Below are positions 60,416 to 64,000 of a DNA stretch of 64,000 bases, piece by piece; within the stretch, counting starts at the first letter, position 1; each line of letters begins with the position of its first letter. Under the pieces are notes generated by a model. It did not search any database and had not been told where the DNA came from. It worked only from the letters and a program-made list of their open reading frames with translations. The position numbers and the translations under genes were made by a program. The stretch is taken from positions 398,460-462,459 of the forward strand of contig WLXD01000004.1 in the NCBI GenBank assembly GCA_012103255.1, written 5' to 3'. The stretch is from Acidobacteriota bacterium. GTDB taxonomy: Bacteria > Acidobacteriota > UBA890 > WLXD01.

Positions 60416-61508
60416 CGCGATCGTCGCGGCTGCGCTCCTCATGGCGGCGCCCTCGCACGCCAACGACGAGACCGGCTGGCGGATGTTCCGAGGCAACCCG
60501 GCACTGACCGGGATCGTGGCCGGCGAACTGCCAGACACACTCGAAGCGCGTTGGGTGTTCCAGGCGGACGACAGCATCGAATCCAGCGCGGCGGTGGTCG
60601 ACGGTCGGGTGTACGTCGGCTCATTGGACGGCAGGCTCTACACGCTAGATCTTGCGACGGGCGAAGAACTCTGGCGGTTCGAGGCAGTCATGGAAGTGAA
60701 GTCGTCGCCGACCGTCTTCAACGACACGGTCTACTTTGGCGATGAGAGCGGCATCTTCTACGCGCTCGACGCGGCAAGCGGCGAGGAGCGTTGGCGCGTG
60801 ACCACTGGAGGGGGCATCGTCTCGGCCGCCAATCACAGCGACGGCGTGGTGGTGTTCGGGTCGTACGACAACAGCCTCTACGCGGTGAACGTCACGGATG
60901 GCTCGGTTCGTTGGCAGATCGAGACCAACGGCTATGTCAACGGAACCCCCGCGATCGTGGACGGCCAGGTGGTCTCTGTCGGCTGCGACGGCGTCCTTCG
61001 GGTTGTTGACCTGCTCTCCGGCGAGGTCACCCGTGAGGTAGAGATCGGCGCCTACGTCGCCGCGAGCCCCGCAATCCGCGATGGCGTCGCCTACTTCGGC
61101 ACCTACGAGAACCAGGTACTGGCCGTAGATCTAGCGACGGGCGAGAGTCCGTGGGTCTACGAGCACCCGAAGCGCAAGTTTCCGTACTACTCCTCGGCCT
61201 CTGTGACAGAGGACACCGTGGTTCTTGGTGGTCGCGACAAGATGGTGCATGCGATCGACCGTGCGACCGGCGAAGCGCGGTGGACGCACACAAGCCGCGC
61301 CCGGGTCGACTCATCGCCGGTTGTGCTGGGCGACCGCCTGATCATCGGCGGCAGTTCCGGAGATATCGTGATTCTGGACATGGGTACAGGCGACGTCCTG
61401 TGGCAATTCGAGACCGGTTCGTCGATCATCGCCACTCCTGCCATCGCCTCGGGCCACGTCGTCGTCGGCACCGAGGATGGCGCTCTCTACGCCTTCGGAC
61501 ACAACTGA
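60390..61508 (+). CDS. Secreted PQQ-binding-like (BamB-like) beta-propeller protein
   Basis: Signal peptide, WRMFRGN, about eight SSP-x-VYVGS.DG.LYALD..TG..W repeats. Overlaps the ADH gene by 26 nt. Confidence 0.9.
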   Translation: MRSTKLLTSAIVAAALLMAAPSHANDETGWRMFRGNPALTGIVAGELPDTLEARWVFQADDSIESSAAVVDGRVYVGSLDGRLYTLDLATGEELWRFEAVMEVKSSPTVFNDTVYFGDESGIFYALDAASGEERWRVTTGGGIVSAANHSDGVVVFGSYDNSLYAVNVTDGSVRWQIETNGYVNGTPAIVDGQVVSVGCDGVLRVVDLLSGEVTREVEIGAYVAASPAIRDGVAYFGTYENQVLAVDLATGESPWVYEHPKRKFPYYSSASVTEDTVVLGGRDKMVHAIDRATGEARWTHTSRARVDSSPVVLGDRLIIGGSSGDIVILDMGTGDVLWQFETGSSIIATPAIASGHVVVGTEDGALYAFGHN

Positions 61509-62866
61509 TGGAACAGGAAACGCCGCCCACCGAGGGTGCCCCGCAGCCGGAACCGGCTACCAGCCAGCTCGAAATGGCGGCGACCGAGGTCGGCAGTGTG
61601 TTCGTTTCGAACTACCCGCCATACTCGCAGTGGTCGGAGGCGGATCTCGAACGTTTCGATGCTGCTCTGCAGGCGACTCCCGCGGCTGACGCGCCGCCCT
61701 TGGGGATGTACCTGCACATTCCGTTCTGTCGGAAGCGCTGCCGGTTCTGCTACTTCCGGGTCTACACCGACAAGAACGCCGACGAAGTACAGACGTACTG
61801 TGACGCCCTGGCACGTGAAGTCGAAGCCTACGCGCAACTGCCGTTCACGCAAGGACGACCGCTCCGCTTCATCTACTTCGGCGGCGGCACACCTTCCTAC
61901 ATCGCAGCGAAGCACCTTGCCGAGTTGGTGCACCGAATCCGAGACGCGTTCCCGTGGACGGACGTGGAGGAAGTCACCTTCGAGTGCGAGCCCGGCACCC
62001 TGACGCGGCCGAAGCTGGAGAACATCCGGGAGCTCGGCATCACGCGTCTGTCGCTGGGCGTCGAGCACTTCAACGATCACATCCTGCAGCTCAACGGCCG
62101 GGCCCACATCAGCACCGAGATCGACCGTGTGATCCCCTGGGTGCAGGAGATCGATTTCGCCCAGTTCAACCTGGATCTGATATCCGGAATGATCGGCGAA
62201 ACATGGGAGACGTGGAGGGATACGGTCGAAAAGACGATCGACACCGACCCGGACTCCGTGACGATCTACCAGTTGGAACTGCCCTACAACACGGGCATTT
62301 CGAAAGAGTTCATGGAAGGCACGCTCGACGTGCCGCTCGCCGACTGGCAACAGAAGCGCGAGTGGCAGCTCTTCGCGATCGAGCGCTTGGAGGAAGCCGG
62401 CTACCACGTGTCGAGCGCCTACACGATGGTGAAGGGCGAAGGCTCCTTCCGGTACCGGGACTCGCTGTGGCACGGGGCCGACATGCTCGGCACTGGCGTC
62501 TCGTCCTTCGGTCACGTCGGTGGCGTGCACGTTCAGAACACCGCCAACTGGGTCGAGTATCTCGGGGCGGTCGGCGAAGGCCGCCTCCCCGTTCAGCGAG
62601 CGCTCCAGACCACAGAGACCGACCGCCTGATCCGCGAGTTCATCCTGCAGATGAAGACCGGCAAGATTCAGGCGGCCTACTTCGACAAGAAATTCGACAC
62701 GAACGTGATGGAACGCTTCGCAGCGCCACTCAAGGCACTGGAGTCGGCAGGCATGGCCACGCTGCGAGGAGATGGCTTCGACCTGACGATGCAGGGTCTG
62801 CTGCAGGTGGACAGCCTCCTTCCGGGCTTCTACGACGAACGTCACCGCAACGCGCGGTACACCTAG
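61508..62866 (+). CDS. HemN-like (class C) radical SAM enzyme, non-canonical
   Basis: YLHIPFCRKRCRFCYF, YFGGGTPS, TFECEP, RLSLGV, NLDLISG. TGATG coupling with the upstream gene. Confidence 0.9.
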   Translation: MEQETPPTEGAPQPEPATSQLEMAATEVGSVFVSNYPPYSQWSEADLERFDAALQATPAADAPPLGMYLHIPFCRKRCRFCYFRVYTDKNADEVQTYCDALAREVEAYAQLPFTQGRPLRFIYFGGGTPSYIAAKHLAELVHRIRDAFPWTDVEEVTFECEPGTLTRPKLENIRELGITRLSLGVEHFNDHILQLNGRAHISTEIDRVIPWVQEIDFAQFNLDLISGMIGETWETWRDTVEKTIDTDPDSVTIYQLELPYNTGISKEFMEGTLDVPLADWQQKREWQLFAIERLEEAGYHVSSAYTMVKGEGSFRYRDSLWHGADMLGTGVSSFGHVGGVHVQNTANWVEYLGAVGEGRLPVQRALQTTETDRLIREFILQMKTGKIQAAYFDKKFDTNVMERFAAPLKALESAGMATLRGDGFDLTMQGLLQVDSLLPGFYDERHRNARYT

Positions 62867-62874
62867 GCGCTGCT

Positions 62875-64000
62875 GTGCTCCGCCGCACCGGCGTCGCAAT
62901 CGTCGCGCTCCTGGCGCTGCCCGCGCTGGCGCCTCCGCCGCAGCTGACTGGCGAGGACTGGCCGCAGTTCCGGGGCCCCGAGCGCACCGGACGCTCGTCC
63001 GAGATCGGCCTATTCGAGAACTGGGATGCGGGCACGCCGCTGCAGGAGCGGTGGCGCGTTCCTTTGGGACCGGGATACTCCGGCATCTCGATCGTCGACG
63101 GCCACGCCGTGACGCTGTTCGGCACGGATGGCGGCGAGTACCTGGGAGCATTCGACACCTCGGATGGAGCCCGCCTCTGGCAGCTGCGACTCGGAGACCT
63201 GTTCCGCGATGGCATGGGCGACGGGCCGCGGTCCACACCGTTGATCGAGACCGGCCGCGTCTACGCACTGAGCACCGCAGGAAGACTCGTAGCGGCGGAT
63301 CTCGAAACAGGCAGGCCGCTCTGGCAGGTCGATCTGGTGGATACCTACGGTGCGCGTCAGCCCACATGGGGGTTCGCCGTATCTCCCGTGATGGTGGACG
63401 GCCAGCTATTGATCGAGGCGGGGGGACGCTCGGCCGGCGTCGTCGCACTCGATCCGGAGAATGGAACTGAACTGTGGCGCGCCCTGGGCGATCCGCCCGG
63501 CTACTCCACCCCGATCGAGGCTGAAGTCCACGGCCAGCGGCAAGTGATCTTCTTCACGGCGCATCGAGCCGTTGCGCTAGCACCCGAGGACGGCACCGAG
63601 CTCTGGTCCTACCCGTGGCGCACGTCGTATGACGTCAACGCCGCTTCGCCGATCTTCATAGCGCCCGACCAGGTACTGATTGCCTCGGGCTACGACGTGG
63701 GCGGCAGTCTGCTCCGCATTCCAGCAACGGGCAGCGACGAGCAGGTCGAGCGCGTGTGGCACTCCGACGGACTGAAGAACGTCTACAGCAGCTCGGTCGT
63801 CGTCGACGGCTATATCTACGGGTTCGACAACGGCACGCTGGTTAGTCATGAACTGGCGACCGGCGAGCGTATGTGGCGACAGCGTGGATTCCAGGTCGGG
63901 TCGCTCATCTTCGCCGACGGCCACCTGGTCGTTCTCGGCGAACGCGGCACTCTCGCCCTCGTTCGCGCGACACCTGGCGGGTATCAGGAAATCGCCCGCC
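62875..64000 (+). CDS. Secreted PQQ-like beta-propeller protein (DWPQFRGP type), truncated by the window end
   Basis: Read directly from the sequence: GTG at 62875 gives MLRRTGVAIVALLALPALAPPPQLTGEDWPQFRGPERTG...GPGYSG...GDGPRSTP...GYSTP. Absent from the ORF track because there is no stop in the window. Confidence 0.88.
   Translation, partial: MLRRTGVAIVALLALPALAPPPQLTGEDWPQFRGPERTGRSSEIGLFENWDAGTPLQERWRVPLGPGYSGISIVDGHAVTLFGTDGGEYLGAFDTSDGARLWQLRLGDLFRDGMGDGPRSTPLIETGRVYALSTAGRLVAADLETGRPLWQVDLVDTYGARQPTWGFAVSPVMVDGQLLIEAGGRSAGVVALDPENGTELWRALGDPPGYSTPIEAEVHGQRQVIFFTAHRAVALAPEDGTELWSYPWRTSYDVNAASPIFIAPDQVLIASGYDVGGSLLRIPATGSDEQVERVWHSDGLKNVYSSSVVVDGYIYGFDNGTLVSHELATGERMWRQRGFQVGSLIFADGHLVVLGERGTLALVRATPGGYQEIAR

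Noticed and set aside
61508..62866. Calling the radical SAM hemN or hemW
   Set aside because: Lacks the HemN fourth Cys and RNFQGY and the HemW HNxxYW motif; no heme genes nearby.
61487..63448. 653-aa minus-strand ORF
   Set aside because: Antisense shadow of the radical SAM and propeller genes; Arg/Pro-rich with no motifs, typical of high-GC DNA.
60390..64000. Calling the propellers BamB or PQQ dehydrogenases
   Set aside because: No lipobox, no yfgM/der context and no recognisable catalytic quinoprotein features; only generic repeats.
1..64000. CRISPR arrays, tRNA/rRNA, IS elements, integrases, prophage or defence genes
   Set aside because: No regularly spaced repeats, RNA-gene signatures, or transposase/integrase/nuclease motifs were seen by eye; a covariance-model scan was not possible.

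Overview
GC-rich (roughly 65% by eye) bacterial chromosomal segment. The gene content (five ADOP-type duplicated MacB/FtsX permeases with PadR regulators, two VPS10/BNR beta-propeller proteins, DWPQFRGP-type PQQ propellers) resembles Acidobacteriota or Gemmatimonadota; this assignment is inference. About 51 CDS were called; no rRNA, tRNA, CRISPR array or mobile element was seen. Main blocks: (1) a GriC/EhpF-like adenylating enzyme, a lipoprotein and a GriD/LuxC-like reductase (1.3-5.1 kb); (2) assorted hydrolase, redox and VOC genes plus a kinase-M23-aminotransferase III fusion; (3) PadR/ADOP permease modules and a triple membrane-fusion-protein + MacB operon, with no ABC ATPase anywhere in the window; (4) a tryptophan -> anthranilate -> anthraniloyl-CoA catabolic cluster (kynA, kynU, abm-like genes) that lacks kynB but carries a creatininase-family amidohydrolase and a CDGSH Fe-S protein; (5) an orphan pilin/pseudopilin; (6) a tightly coupled Fe-ADH / PQQ-propeller / non-canonical HemN-like radical SAM / PQQ-propeller operon running off the right end. 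The best candidates for an undescribed system are block 6 (possibly working with block 1 as an acid -> aldehyde -> alcohol plus radical-SAM pathway) and the creatininase-family protein as a non-orthologous kynurenine formamidase. All family calls come from motif recognition by eye; no database searches were run.
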